From an uncultured Gemmatimonadales bacterium (lineage in GTDB: Bacteria > Gemmatimonadota > Gemmatimonadetes > Gemmatimonadales > Gemmatimonadaceae): a stretch of 64,000 bases of DNA. Below are positions 38,244 to 48,143 of this stretch, in pieces; within the stretch, counting starts at the first letter, position 1, and every line of letters starts with the position of its first letter. The notes below the pieces were generated by a model. The model saw only the letters and a program-made list of their open reading frames with translations. It made no database searches and was not told where the DNA came from. The position numbers and the translations under genes are program-made. The stretch covers positions 1,984,001-2,048,000 of the forward strand of contig OY969695.1 in assembly GCA_963701965.1 (NCBI GenBank). Direction: 5' to 3'.

Positions 38244-38602
38244 GCCGGCACCGGCACCGTGGCGCGGAGGGCGCGACTCGCGGCCTCCACGAACTCGTGC
38301 CACGAGGAGCTCCCGGTGGTGAGACGCCGGCGGCCGGTCGCGCTCAGTCGATAGAACTTGGCGCGCCGGTTGTTGGTCGAGACGCCCCACTCGGCCTCGA
38401 CGAACCCCTGCTTCTCGAGCCAATGCAGCGCCGGATAGAGCGTGCCCTCCCCCACCAGCAAGGCGGCGCCCGTCGCCTGGTCGATCCATTCGGCGACGCT
38501 GTATCCGTGCCGCGGCCCCCAGCTCAGCGCTTTCAGAATGAGCAGGTCCAGCGTCCCTCGGGTGAGGCTGACGCTCAGGTCATCAGTGGCCCACGAGTCC
38601 AT
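38240..38602 (-). CDS. PadR-family transcriptional regulator
   Basis: GTLDLLILKAL..GPRHGY, GTLYPALH, NRRAKFYRL. Confidence 0.92.
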   Translation of the reverse strand: MDSWATDDLSVSLTRGTLDLLILKALSWGPRHGYSVAEWIDQATGAALLVGEGTLYPALHWLEKQGFVEAEWGVSTNNRRAKFYRLSATGRRRLTTGSSSWHEFVEAASRALRATVPVPA

Positions 38603-38655
38603 GGCCCACGATACGCACAGCCCCATCGCCTTGCAAGGGGAAGGCCCGGCCGCGA

Positions 38656-39180
38656 TCAGCCAGTGAACACCGCCGTCTCCCCGCACGCCGGTCGCGCGGT
38701 CGCCCGCGTGTCGGCGTGGCTTTGGCGGACGACAACCCCACGCTCGTCGTACTGAAGACGGAACGCGTGCGCATCAATGATCGACCGCGTATCGGCGGTG
38801 CGGTAGCCGACGGCCAGGTCGCCAACCACGTGCGGCACGCCGCCGGGCGGGACGGTCAGGCGCTCGACCGTCGTGAACTGCCGGTCGAACGCGTCGCCGT
38901 GTTCCGTCTGGCCGGGGCTGTTCACGTACATCCGCGTCGGGTCGAAAGCGAACTCATCGGCGGCCAGGATCGAATCAATGCGGGCGACGAGAAAGAGGAG
39001 ACCGGGTCCCGACTCCCCCCGATCGTACGGCAATGTGGTGGCGAAGGCCGAGCACATGCCGAGGGGGGTGTAGAAGATGGCGACGCGCGCCGGCTCCGGC
39101 GCCAAATCCGGCCGCGATCCCGCCGCCCCGCAACCCACGGTCAAAGCGACGACAAGCAGGATCCACCGCGAAGCGTTCAC
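38656..39180 (-). CDS. Hypothetical lipoprotein
   Basis: Lipobox-like LTVGC after a hydrophobic stretch; fills the gap between genes. Confidence 0.5.
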   Translation of the reverse strand: MNASRWILLVVALTVGCGAAGSRPDLAPEPARVAIFYTPLGMCSAFATTLPYDRGESGPGLLFLVARIDSILAADEFAFDPTRMYVNSPGQTEHGDAFDRQFTTVERLTVPPGGVPHVVGDLAVGYRTADTRSIIDAHAFRLQYDERGVVVRQSHADTRATARPACGETAVFTG

Positions 39181-39267
39181 ATGGACACGGTGACCCCATC
39201 CCGCGCGTCACAGAAGTGTCGCAGGACGCAACTGTATGACACAGCGGGCGGAATTATATTGATATAA

Positions 39268-41055
39268 ATGGAATCCGTACCGGTCGCCCCGTCGCTCGAA
39301 CCGACGCTGCGCGACATTCGCGCTCCGGCCCCAATGGCGCATAACCGCCACCTGCTCATGACGACATCCGGCCTGGCGGTCGTCGTCGGCGTCCTGGCGG
39401 CCCTCGCGGCGAACATCCTGCAGCGCCTCATCGGCCTGATCACCAACCTCGCGTTCTACGGGCGGTGGTCCACCGCGTTCTCCTCGCCCGCCCAAAATCA
39501 CCTCGGCCTCGCGGTCATCGTCGTCCCCGTGCTCGGCGCCATCGTCGTCGGCGTCATGGCGCGCTATGGCTCGTCGGCCATCCGCGGCCACGGCATCCCC
39601 GAGGCGATGGAGCAGGTGCTCCTCAACCAGAGCCGGATCCCGTACCGCATCACCTTTTTGAAACCGGTCTCGGCGGCGATCGCGATCGGGACCGGCGGCC
39701 CGTTCGGAGCCGAGGGACCGATCATCGCGACGGGCGGCGCCCTGGGCTCGCTGCTGGGACAGGTGCTGCGCACGTCGGCGGACGAGCGCAAAACGCTGCT
39801 GGCCGCGGGCGCCGCGGCGGGTATGGCCGCGACGTTCGGCACGCCGGTCTCGGCGGTCCTCCTGGCGATCGAGCTGCTGTTGTTCGAATACAGCCCGCGC
39901 TCCCTCATCCCGGTCTCTCTCGCGTCGATCACCGCGACCGCCATTCGCGCGGCGTTCTCCGGATGGACCCCGGTGTTCCCAATGGAAGCGGTGTTGCCGC
40001 CGCACGGCGCGGCGCTAGCGACGTACCTGCTGCTCGGTATCGTCATCGGGATCGCCGCCGTCGGCATCACGCGCGTGCTCTACGCCATCGAGGACCGCTT
40101 CGAGCATCTGCGCGTGCACTGGATGTGGTGGCCGGCGATCGGCGCCGTGGTGGTGGGCATCGTCGGCTGGATCGTGCCCGATACGCTGGGCGTCGGGTAC
40201 ACGAACATCGACCACATTCTGGCCGGCACAATCACGGGGAAGGCGCTTCTGGCCCTCGTCGTGTTCAAGCTGATCTCGTGGGAGATCGCGCTGGGGAGCG
40301 GGACGTCCGGCGGCACCCTGGCTCCGCTCATGACGATCGGCGGGGGACTCGGCGCCCTGGCGGGCGGATGGGTCGCGCTCCACATCCCGGCCCTCGGCGT
40401 CGATCCGCGCATGGCGGCACTGGTCAGCATGGCGGCGATCTTCGCCGGTGCTTCCCATGCGGTGCTGGCGTCGTCGATCTTCGCGTTCGAGGCCACGCGG
40501 CAGCCCAATGGCCTGTTGCCGGTCCTCGCGGGTTGCATGGCGGCGTACTTCGTCTCGCTCCGCCTCATGCCGGACTCCATCATGACGACGAAACTGGCAC
40601 GCCGCGGCACGCGCGTCCGCTCCGAGATGGTCGCCGACTATCTGGATCGCGTGCTGGTCCGCGACATCGCATCGGCCCGGCCGGTCACGATCCAGGCCTC
40701 GGATCCGATCGAGGAGGTCCGCGACTGGATCGTGTCGCGCGCGCCGGGCTCATCGCATCAGGGCTACCCGGTCGTCAATGCCAACGGCGACTTGATGGGC
40801 GTGATTACCCGCCGCGAGCTGCTCGAGCTGGAACTGGAAGTCACCGCCCGGGTGGGCGAAATCGTCCGCCGGGCGCCGGTCGTGATCTTCGACGACAACT
40901 CGGCGCGCGAAGCCGCGGACCACATGGTCCGCGAAGGGGTCGGCCGACTGCCCGTCGTCCGTCGCGACGCGCCGCGCCGCGTCGTCGGCATGCTCTCGCG
41001 GACGGATCTGGTCGCGGCCCACCGGCCTCGACTGGCAGCGCAGGACGCCGGCTAA
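39268..41055 (+). CDS. CLC-family chloride channel/antiporter with CBS domains
   Basis: GHGIPE, GAEGP, GTSGGTLAP; C-terminal CBS pair (GYPVV, GRLPVV). Confidence 0.93.
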   Translation: MESVPVAPSLEPTLRDIRAPAPMAHNRHLLMTTSGLAVVVGVLAALAANILQRLIGLITNLAFYGRWSTAFSSPAQNHLGLAVIVVPVLGAIVVGVMARYGSSAIRGHGIPEAMEQVLLNQSRIPYRITFLKPVSAAIAIGTGGPFGAEGPIIATGGALGSLLGQVLRTSADERKTLLAAGAAAGMAATFGTPVSAVLLAIELLLFEYSPRSLIPVSLASITATAIRAAFSGWTPVFPMEAVLPPHGAALATYLLLGIVIGIAAVGITRVLYAIEDRFEHLRVHWMWWPAIGAVVVGIVGWIVPDTLGVGYTNIDHILAGTITGKALLALVVFKLISWEIALGSGTSGGTLAPLMTIGGGLGALAGGWVALHIPALGVDPRMAALVSMAAIFAGASHAVLASSIFAFEATRQPNGLLPVLAGCMAAYFVSLRLMPDSIMTTKLARRGTRVRSEMVADYLDRVLVRDIASARPVTIQASDPIEEVRDWIVSRAPGSSHQGYPVVNANGDLMGVITRRELLELELEVTARVGEIVRRAPVVIFDDNSAREAADHMVREGVGRLPVVRRDAPRRVVGMLSRTDLVAAHRPRLAAQDAG

Positions 41056-41062
41056 AACTCGG

Positions 41063-41404
41063 CTGGGCGAGGGACACCCGCTGCTCGGACGCCGGATGCC
41101 GGATCTCGACCTGGTCACCGCCAATGGCCCGCTGCGGGTCTTCAATCTGCTGCACCGTGCGCGGCCGGTGTTCATCAACTTCGGCGCGCCCGGCGGCTTC
41201 GACATCACACCCTGGGCGGATCGCGTGCCGCGCGTTGACGCGACCTACGCGGGCACCTGGGAGCTTCCGGCGATCGGAGCGGTCACGGCTCCGACCGCCG
41301 TCCTCGTTCGGCCGGATGGATATGTGGCCTGGGTGGGAGACGATACCCAGGTGGGACTCGCTGACGCGCTCACCACGTGGTTCGGATCCCCTATCGCGGC
41401 GTAA
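41063..41404 (+). pseudogene. C-terminal remnant of an FAD-dependent aromatic (Rox-like) monooxygenase
   Basis: LGEGHPLLGRRMPDLDL...VLVRPDGYVAWVG is the typical C-terminal domain. No N-terminal FAD domain; the CLC stop lies 7 nt upstream. Confidence 0.72.
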
Positions 41405-42920
41405 CGTCGCGCTCCATCGCGGCCTCGGCTTCGAGATTGCGATGATCCTCCTGCACGCTGGCCACGGCCAGCGTGCGGCCCCCAGCGCGGAAGAACACCG
41501 AACCCTTCCCTTGGGCGATCGTGGGATCGGCATCGGCCCGATCCCACCGCGTCGCGAAGCCCGAGTAGCGGATCGTGACGTCGTAGTGTTGGCTCCAGAA
41601 GAACGGCACGGCGTCGAATCGCTGGTGGGCGCCGAGGATGTTCTCGGCCGCGGCCTGACCCTGGCGCTCGGCGAGCACCCAATGCTCGATCCGCATCGAC
41701 CGCCCCGTGTGGGGATCGGGCCATCGCGCGATGTCGCCCGCGGCCCAGATGCCCGGCTGGCTGGTTTCCAGAAATTCGTTCACCACCACGCCATCATCGA
41801 CGTCGAGGCCCGCGGACTCGGCAAGCGCGACGCGCGGCCGGACGCCAACACCCAACACGACCACGTCGGCGCCAAGCGATGTCCCGTCGGCGAGCACGAC
41901 CGCGCCCGGGTCGATGCGCGCCACCCCCGCCGACAGATGAAACCGCACCCCGTGCCCTTCGTGCAGCCGGCGAATCATCGCCGAGAGATCCGGGCCCATC
42001 ACGCGCGCCAACGGCTCGGCGTCCACGGACACGACGTCCACGTCGAGCCCGCGCGTCCGGAGCGATGCCGCCACTTCCAGTCCAATGAAGCTCGATCCAA
42101 TCACCACCGCCCGCCGGGCGCCGCGCGCCGCGGCGATAATGGCGTCGCTATCGGCCAGCGTCCGCAAGCAATGGACATGGGATGCGTTGGCACCCCTCAC
42201 ATCCAGGTTGCGTGGCTCGGCGCCCGTGGCCAGCAGCAAGGCGTCGTAGGGGATGGCGCCGCCTTGGGCTAAACGCAGCTGGCGGACGGCCACGTCGATC
42301 GCGATGGCGGTGCCGCGGCGGATGGTAATTCCGTGTTCGTCGTAAAATCCCTCCGGCCGCAGCGGGATCCACTCGGCCTGGGCGTGCCCGTCGAGATAGT
42401 CCTTGGACAGGTTGGGACGGTCGACCGGCTCCGCCGCGTCCTGCTCCACGAGTGTCACCGGCCCGCCATAGCCGCGGCGCCGTAACATCTCGGCCGCCGC
42501 GGCGCCGGCGGCGCCGGCGCCGACGATGACCACCGACGACGGCTGCACGCGCGGGGCCCCGGCAGGCAATGGGGCAAGTGGGGCAAGCGGATCACGCTCG
42601 CGCTTCGCGCCGACGTAGACACGATCGCCGCGCCGCTCGACGGACCAACACGGGATGGGATTGAGCGCCGGCGCGCGCAGGGCCTCGCCGGTACGCAAAT
42701 CGAAGCAGGCGTGGTGCAGCGGACACCGCACGGTGTGCCCGACGATGAGCCCCTCGTTGAGCGGGCCGCTGTAGTGGGTACAGGCGGGGGCGACGGCGTA
42801 GACGTCGTCGCCGATCCGCAGGACCATGACGGCCTCTCCGTCGGCGTGACCCAGGTGCATGGCCGAGTCACCGAGCGTGTCCCAGGCGATGCCCTCTTGG
42901 CGAAGATCTGGTCCAGTCAC
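41391..42920 (-). CDS. Rieske [2Fe-2S] plus FAD/NAD(P)H oxidoreductase (AIF/ferredoxin-reductase-like)
   Basis: CTHY...CPLHH Rieske motif; GAGAAG, RPNLSK, LATGA, GSSFIGLE, AAGDIA, VPFFWS. Confidence 0.92.
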   Translation of the reverse strand: MTGPDLRQEGIAWDTLGDSAMHLGHADGEAVMVLRIGDDVYAVAPACTHYSGPLNEGLIVGHTVRCPLHHACFDLRTGEALRAPALNPIPCWSVERRGDRVYVGAKRERDPLAPLAPLPAGAPRVQPSSVVIVGAGAAGAAAAEMLRRRGYGGPVTLVEQDAAEPVDRPNLSKDYLDGHAQAEWIPLRPEGFYDEHGITIRRGTAIAIDVAVRQLRLAQGGAIPYDALLLATGAEPRNLDVRGANASHVHCLRTLADSDAIIAAARGARRAVVIGSSFIGLEVAASLRTRGLDVDVVSVDAEPLARVMGPDLSAMIRRLHEGHGVRFHLSAGVARIDPGAVVLADGTSLGADVVVLGVGVRPRVALAESAGLDVDDGVVVNEFLETSQPGIWAAGDIARWPDPHTGRSMRIEHWVLAERQGQAAAENILGAHQRFDAVPFFWSQHYDVTIRYSGFATRWDRADADPTIAQGKGSVFFRAGGRTLAVASVQEDHRNLEAEAAMERDVTPR

Positions 42921-43750
42921 AGCACCCCCATAAAGAAGGCCACCCCGAGACCCGCGAGAACCAGTACGCTGACAATGATCGCGATGCGCATCCCCCGACG
43001 ACGAGCCGAAATGGGCGGAGCCGAAGCGGGCGGAGCCGGCGCCGCACGCCGGAGCGTATCGGCCAACCGGGCGACGGTGGGATCAGGGGCCGCGCCAAAG
43101 GCTTGCGCCACCCGACCATCATAGACCCGCGCCAGGTCGAGCGCGGCGCCGCGCTGTCCGGTCGCCGCGAGAGCGCCCATCAGGCCGGACACGGCGCGGG
43201 CGCTCAGGGGATCGACCACGACCAGCCGCTGCCAGTAGTCGACCGCTTCGGTGGGGCGACCCCGCCCAGCCGCATCGCGCGCCAAATGCTCGAGCGCATC
43301 GGCATATGACCGCGCGCACCGGGCGGCCTCGACCTCCACCCACTGCGCAAACGCCGGCGCACGATCGATCACCACGCCGTCGAGTAGTGGTCCGGCATAG
43401 AGCCCCACTGCCTCCGACCACGCCTTTCGCTCGACCGCCGCGTCAAACGCCACGAGATCGAGCGATGCGGCGTCGGGATCGAGGGCGACAGTTGTTTGGT
43501 TCGCGACCACGGCCTGAGGCCCAAAGGTCCTCCGGGCTGCCGATAACGCCTGGTCGAGCAGATTCCGACCCCGGGTCGGATCGCGGTCAGGCCAGAAGTA
43601 TCCGATCAGCTTCTCGCGACTGGCGCCACCGCGGCCACAGGCGGCCAGAAACACCACGAGCGCCAACTGGCGCCGCTGAATCGGCGCCTCACACGACTCG
43701 CCGTCCCTCTGGATCGCCAGTCCACCAAACGCCTTTATGAGGCTCAGAAG
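42917..43750 (-). CDS. BTAD (SARP-like) domain regulator with C-terminal transmembrane helix; true start uncertain
   Basis: SREKLIGYFWPD, LYAGPLLDG, DPLS...LMGALAATGQRGAAL. Homologous-looking sequence (IKAFGGLAI) continues upstream of the TTG at 43666 with no in-frame start. Confidence 0.75.
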   Translation of the reverse strand, partial: LLSLIKAFGGLAIQRDGESCEAPIQRRQLALVVFLAACGRGGASREKLIGYFWPDRDPTRGRNLLDQALSAARRTFGPQAVVANQTTVALDPDAASLDLVAFDAAVERKAWSEAVGLYAGPLLDGVVIDRAPAFAQWVEVEAARCARSYADALEHLARDAAGRGRPTEAVDYWQRLVVVDPLSARAVSGLMGALAATGQRGAALDLARVYDGRVAQAFGAAPDPTVARLADTLRRAAPAPPASAPPISARRRGMRIAIIVSVLVLAGLGVAFFMGVL

Positions 43751-43825
43751 CCACCTAACGATAATTCAGGGGGAATTCAGAACCAATTGAGTCGCGTTTG
43801 GGAAGCTAATCCTAGTGTCCTCGCC

Positions 43826-44293
43826 ATGTCAGACGAAACCGTCATCACAGGGCGAGTCGAGTGGGCTGGGAGCGGCGAGGTCGTCCCCGGCGCCATCGTG
43901 TCGATCTACACACTCGTCCCGGCTGGGCTGGTCGGTCGAGCGGAAGCGGATGAGAGCGGAGACTATTGGATGAAGACCGACCGACACTGGGCGAGCGCGT
44001 TCGACATTTATGTCGTCGTGCTCAGCCGCCGGGGTGAGCTCTTACAGGTCATAGCCGACGGACCGCGCTGGTTGAGCGGCGCGCGGTCCCGGCTGGACGT
44101 CGCGGTCAGGGGACGATGGCGCCGGTCCGGCCCCTCGGACGCGGTCCGCGCGGAGAGCGGCCCGTCCCCTCCGGCACCGCCCACCAAGTGCGCGATCCCC
44201 ACGGCCTTTTGGCCGTCGCATCACGCCGGGCGCGCCGAACCGCCGGAGTTTCTCGGCGGCGGCCGGGGCGTGCGTCGTCTCACTCTTCGCTAA
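43826..44293 (+). CDS. Hypothetical protein (carboxypeptidase-regulatory-like beta domain)
   Basis: ITGRV...VPGAIVSIY...ADESGDY pattern; ATG at 43826. Confidence 0.45.
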   Translation: MSDETVITGRVEWAGSGEVVPGAIVSIYTLVPAGLVGRAEADESGDYWMKTDRHWASAFDIYVVVLSRRGELLQVIADGPRWLSGARSRLDVAVRGRWRRSGPSDAVRAESGPSPPAPPTKCAIPTAFWPSHHAGRAEPPEFLGGGRGVRRLTLR

Positions 44294-44307
44294 GAGCGCG
44301 GGTACCC

Positions 44308-44703
44308 ATGGATGCATCCGAGGCGATTGTCGCCGGACTCGCCGTCGATGATCGCGCCGTACGACAAATCCGGAGTGCCGTTCGGGACGTGCACATCTGC
44401 CGGCGATCCAACGAGCTCTTGGGATTCGTGGCCTCGACGCCCGGTGTCGTCGCCGTGATTACCGAGCTGTGGGATCTCGATGGGCGTCCGGTCGCGTCCG
44501 CCGTACGCCATGTGCGGCGCACGCACGCCGAGCTCCCGATCATCGCGTTCTGCCGGCTCACACCACACACGGCGCGCGAGCTCGTCACCCTGGCCGCCGC
44601 CGGGATCTCGGCGGTCGCCCTGCGGGATCAGGAAAACCTAGGGGATCTGGTCCGGGGCGCGATCAGACGCGAAACCGGCTCGCGACTGTCCGAAGGCGCG
44701 TAG
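44308..44703 (+). CDS. Stand-alone degenerate receiver-like domain protein
   Basis: Alternating beta/alpha pattern ([10 protein letters not shown]...LPIIAF...AAAGISAV) with no output domain. Confidence 0.45.
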   Translation: MDASEAIVAGLAVDDRAVRQIRSAVRDVHICRRSNELLGFVASTPGVVAVITELWDLDGRPVASAVRHVRRTHAELPIIAFCRLTPHTARELVTLAAAGISAVALRDQENLGDLVRGAIRRETGSRLSEGA

Positions 44704-46366
44704 CGCTGTCCGCCAGGTGCGCCGCGGTCGCGGCGACCTCCTGGGCCGTCGCCGCGGTCTGCTCGGCCGCCGCCGCCGCGCCCTCGGCGCGCGAACCTTG
44801 CTCATCGGCCTGCCGGGTCGTCGCCTGCACCTGGGCGATCAAGATTCCGACCGCCTGCCGGCTCGTATCCGCGGCCGTCCCTACCGCTGACGCAATGACG
44901 CCCGTACCCGCGACGGCGCCGTCGATAGCGACCAACGCTTGTGACGTCGCGTCCGACACCTGGTTGACATCGCCGATCTCGGTGACGCTGGCCCGATAGC
45001 TCTGCGAGGCGGCGACGAACTGATCCCGCATGCCGCGGACGATCCGCGCCGCCTCGGTGGCCGCCTCACCGCTCTGGGTCGCCAGCTTGCGCACCTCGTC
45101 GGCGACGACGCCAAAGCCGCGTCCTTGATCTCCGGCACGCGCCGCCTCGATCGCCGCGTTCAGCGCCAGGAGATTGGATTGCTCGGCGATCTCGCGCACG
45201 CGATCGACGAAGGTCTGCACCGTCTCCGCGGTGGCCCGCAGTTGATCCACGCCCTCGCCCGACGTCCGCACCACGGTCGCCAGGCGGTCCAGCGTCAGCA
45301 CGGCCGTCGACAGTCCATCCCGCACCCGCGACGCACCCGCGCGGACTTCGTCGCCGAGCTGGCGTGCTTGCGACGCGGCCTCGGACAGCCCGTGGGTCGA
45401 TCGCGTGACGTGGCCGATGGCCGCGCCCGAGGCGGCGAGGGACTCGCGCTGGGCGGTGGCCGCGGTGGCCACCATCTGGACAGCCTCGCTGATCTCGCCC
45501 GTGGACGCCGCGGTGGCCGATGATGCGGCGGTCAACGCCGACGCCGCATCGGCCACGTCATCGGCCTCGCGCTGCACTTCCGCGATCGCCACGCGAAGGC
45601 GCGAGGCCGTATCGGCGAACGCGCGGGCGAACGCCGCGTACTCGTCGTCCAATCCGTCCGGCGCGATCCCCACGCGCAGATCGCCGTCGCCCAGGGCCCG
45701 CGCCGCGTCGGTCAGCCGCACCAGCGGCCGCGTCACCGCGCGCACGGTGTTGCGCGTGGAAAAGATGCCCAACCCCAAGCCGATCACCAACAGACCCAGC
45801 AGCGCCAGCCGCCACTGGGCGACAAGCGACTCGGCGCGCGCCAACGTCACCGCCGTCCAATGGTTCTGCGCTCCGCCAATGAGATCGGCCGCATCGAACA
45901 GCGTGTCGACCGTCTGCATCGCCAAGGTCGCCTGCCGAAAGGCGTCGGCCGGCCGGCCAATGTCCCGATAGGCCCGCGCGACCGCGAACCGCACCTCGAG
46001 GGCGCTCTGGGCCGCGCCGATCCGCTCGAGCGTGACCCGCTCCGCCGTTCCCAGCGAGCTGGCTTGCACCAGCCCGTCGCGCTCGTCGGCCGCCGAGGCC
46101 GTCAGGGAATCGAGGCGGCGCTCCCGCAGGGAGTCGGAGACGCCGGACGCCGGCGCCATGAGCACGGCCTGCGACAGTGCCACGAACCGCAGCGTGGCAT
46201 CGCTGGCGCGCGACAGGCGCCCGCTGACGTTGGCTTCCTGCTGCATGCCGCGCTGCAGATTGGCGCGCACCGCGGCGAGGGCCACGATCCCCAACCCTCC
46301 ACAGGCCACGAGCGTGACCAGCACCGCGCCAAATCCGAACCGCAGCCGGTGGCGAACGGCGCTCAC
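44663..46366 (-). CDS. Methyl-accepting chemotaxis protein
   Basis: Two TM helices, HAMP (PLVRL...GDL), signalling hairpin [37 protein letters not shown]. Confidence 0.95.
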   Translation of the reverse strand: MSAVRHRLRFGFGAVLVTLVACGGLGIVALAAVRANLQRGMQQEANVSGRLSRASDATLRFVALSQAVLMAPASGVSDSLRERRLDSLTASAADERDGLVQASSLGTAERVTLERIGAAQSALEVRFAVARAYRDIGRPADAFRQATLAMQTVDTLFDAADLIGGAQNHWTAVTLARAESLVAQWRLALLGLLVIGLGLGIFSTRNTVRAVTRPLVRLTDAARALGDGDLRVGIAPDGLDDEYAAFARAFADTASRLRVAIAEVQREADDVADAASALTAASSATAASTGEISEAVQMVATAATAQRESLAASGAAIGHVTRSTHGLSEAASQARQLGDEVRAGASRVRDGLSTAVLTLDRLATVVRTSGEGVDQLRATAETVQTFVDRVREIAEQSNLLALNAAIEAARAGDQGRGFGVVADEVRKLATQSGEAATEAARIVRGMRDQFVAASQSYRASVTEIGDVNQVSDATSQALVAIDGAVAGTGVIASAVGTAADTSRQAVGILIAQVQATTRQADEQGSRAEGAAAAAEQTAATAQEVAATAAHLADSATRLRTVASRFRV

Positions 46367-47466
46367 GGCACGACCTCGCCAATGGTGACCGCCTTGTCCA
46401 CGGCATCGCCACCGTGCGCGCCGAATCGGATCATCCCCGTGACCCCGGCGAACGGCGGCGCGCTCGCGATCCAGTCGCGCACCTTGGTGCGATCCGCTCC
46501 CGCGGCGCGCACGGCCTGGCCGATGAGCGAGGCCGCGTCATATGCCAATGCCGCGCGCTGATCGGGCGGCGTGCCGTACTGGTGGCGGTAGGCCGTCTCG
46601 AATGCCCGTACGACGGGACTCGCGGAGCCGGCATCGTAGAACGCCGTGAAGCGGAGACCGGCGAACTCGCGCGCGGTCGACGGCGCCGTCAACGCGCTCA
46701 GATCGTCGCTCCCGAGGACGCGCACGCGGCTTCCAGCGCGGCGCACCGCCCGCACAATGTCCTCGGCGTCGGGCGCCGACCCGGCGATCACGAGGAGGTC
46801 GGCATTCCGGCGGGCCATGCGCACGGCGTAGGCGTCGTACTCGGTGATCCCGTGGAGATAGGGATCGCGCTCCAGCAAGGCAAGGTGATGCGCGGCCAAC
46901 TCGTCGGCGAACGCGCTGGAGAATCCGCGGCCGAAGAGGTCATCGCGATAGAGGAGCGCGATCCGGACGGCGCGCATCGAGTCGACGGCGAACCGCGCCA
47001 GGGCGCGGGCCGACGCGTTGTCGGTGGGGCAGACGCGGTACACCCAGTGCGTCGTGCGGGTCACCCACCAGTTGGTCGCGGTCGGCGTGATGGCCAACAG
47101 GGCGTGCCGTCCGCCGTGCTCGGCGTCGGCATAGATGGGCGCCGCGGCCATCGTCGCGGCGCTCCCGGTGTGCCCGACGACGGACACCACGGCCGGGTCG
47201 TCGCGAAATGCGGCCGCGATCACGATATCGCCGACGTTGCGCGCCGGCAGCCGGACGGCCAACGGCGGCGCGCCGGTCGGTCGCGTGGCATTGTAGGCCC
47301 CGAGTGCCAGCCGGACGCCGTTCACGTAGGCCTCGCCCACACCGCTGTCGCTGCTGTAGGCGACGCCGACGTAGACGCTGTCAGCCCCGCGGCGGATGCC
47401 GGCCCCGGACGCGGACGAACATCCTATCACGAGTACGACGCCGAGGCATCTGAGCGAGGAGAACAT
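46363..47466 (-). CDS. LivJ/K-like (type I periplasmic) substrate-binding lipoprotein
   Basis: [44 protein letters not shown] overlap with the MCP gene. Confidence 0.87.
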   Translation of the reverse strand: MFSSLRCLGVVLVIGCSSASGAGIRRGADSVYVGVAYSSDSGVGEAYVNGVRLALGAYNATRPTGAPPLAVRLPARNVGDIVIAAAFRDDPAVVSVVGHTGSAATMAAAPIYADAEHGGRHALLAITPTATNWWVTRTTHWVYRVCPTDNASARALARFAVDSMRAVRIALLYRDDLFGRGFSSAFADELAAHHLALLERDPYLHGITEYDAYAVRMARRNADLLVIAGSAPDAEDIVRAVRRAGSRVRVLGSDDLSALTAPSTAREFAGLRFTAFYDAGSASPVVRAFETAYRHQYGTPPDQRAALAYDAASLIGQAVRAAGADRTKVRDWIASAPPFAGVTGMIRFGAHGGDAVDKAVTIGEVVP

Positions 47467-47531
47467 TCAATGTGGGCTGATCTCCAGTTGGACGGTGGAA
47501 CCACGGCGTCCGCAACCGGATTGGGAGCAGA

Positions 47532-48143
47532 ATGCGACGGACCCTCGCGGTCTTCCTCCTGGCCGGCACGGCGCTGCTCGGCGCCGGCGCCGGCCTGCAC
47601 CCCATGCTGGCGGCCAATGCATCGGCGACGCTGGGCATGATCGCCGCCTCGGCGCATTTCCGGGCCATTCACCTGGCGATGCTCGCGGGATCGGCGTTGG
47701 TGATGACCGGAGCCTGGGTCCGCATCTACAATGGGCCGGCCGACGCCGGACGCCGGTTCGGACCGGCGCTCGGCATCATCGTCGTCGGCTTCGCGCTCAA
47801 TGCGTATGACATGGCGTTCATGGCCTCCGCGGGTGTCGGGCTCGCGTCGCGATTCTCGGCCGGCAATGTGGGCACGGTCCCGCTCTTCGACGCGATGCAC
47901 GCCATCGGGCTCATGTATGCGCGTTTCGGCAACTTCCTCGTCGCGCTGGGCGCCCTGCTGCTGGGGGCGGCGGAGTGGCCCACCCGGCAATGGTCGGCGA
48001 TCCTGGCCTGGGGCGCGGGCATTGGAGGACTCGTGGGCGTGGTGGCGTTCCCCGACACGAGTCGGCTCATCCTCGCGGCCGTCGCGCTCTTGTCCGGGTG
48101 GCAGGTCGTCACCGCCATCTGGGGGCTTAAGTTAGAGACATGA
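47532..48143 (+). CDS. Hypothetical integral membrane protein
   Basis: About 6 hydrophobic segments; GGAG RBS; ATGA overlap with the GT4 gene. Confidence 0.65.
   Translation: MRRTLAVFLLAGTALLGAGAGLHPMLAANASATLGMIAASAHFRAIHLAMLAGSALVMTGAWVRIYNGPADAGRRFGPALGIIVVGFALNAYDMAFMASAGVGLASRFSAGNVGTVPLFDAMHAIGLMYARFGNFLVALGALLLGAAEWPTRQWSAILAWGAGIGGLVGVVAFPDTSRLILAAVALLSGWQVVTAIWGLKLET

Noticed and set aside
35505..38602. PadR plus duplicated permease without an ATPase as a novel system
   Set aside because: This orphan-permease/PadR pairing is an already recognised, abundant family in Acidobacteria-like genomes.
39465..42272. 935-aa ORF overlapping the CLC gene
   Set aside because: Alternative-frame shadow with low-complexity Arg/Pro/Gly composition.
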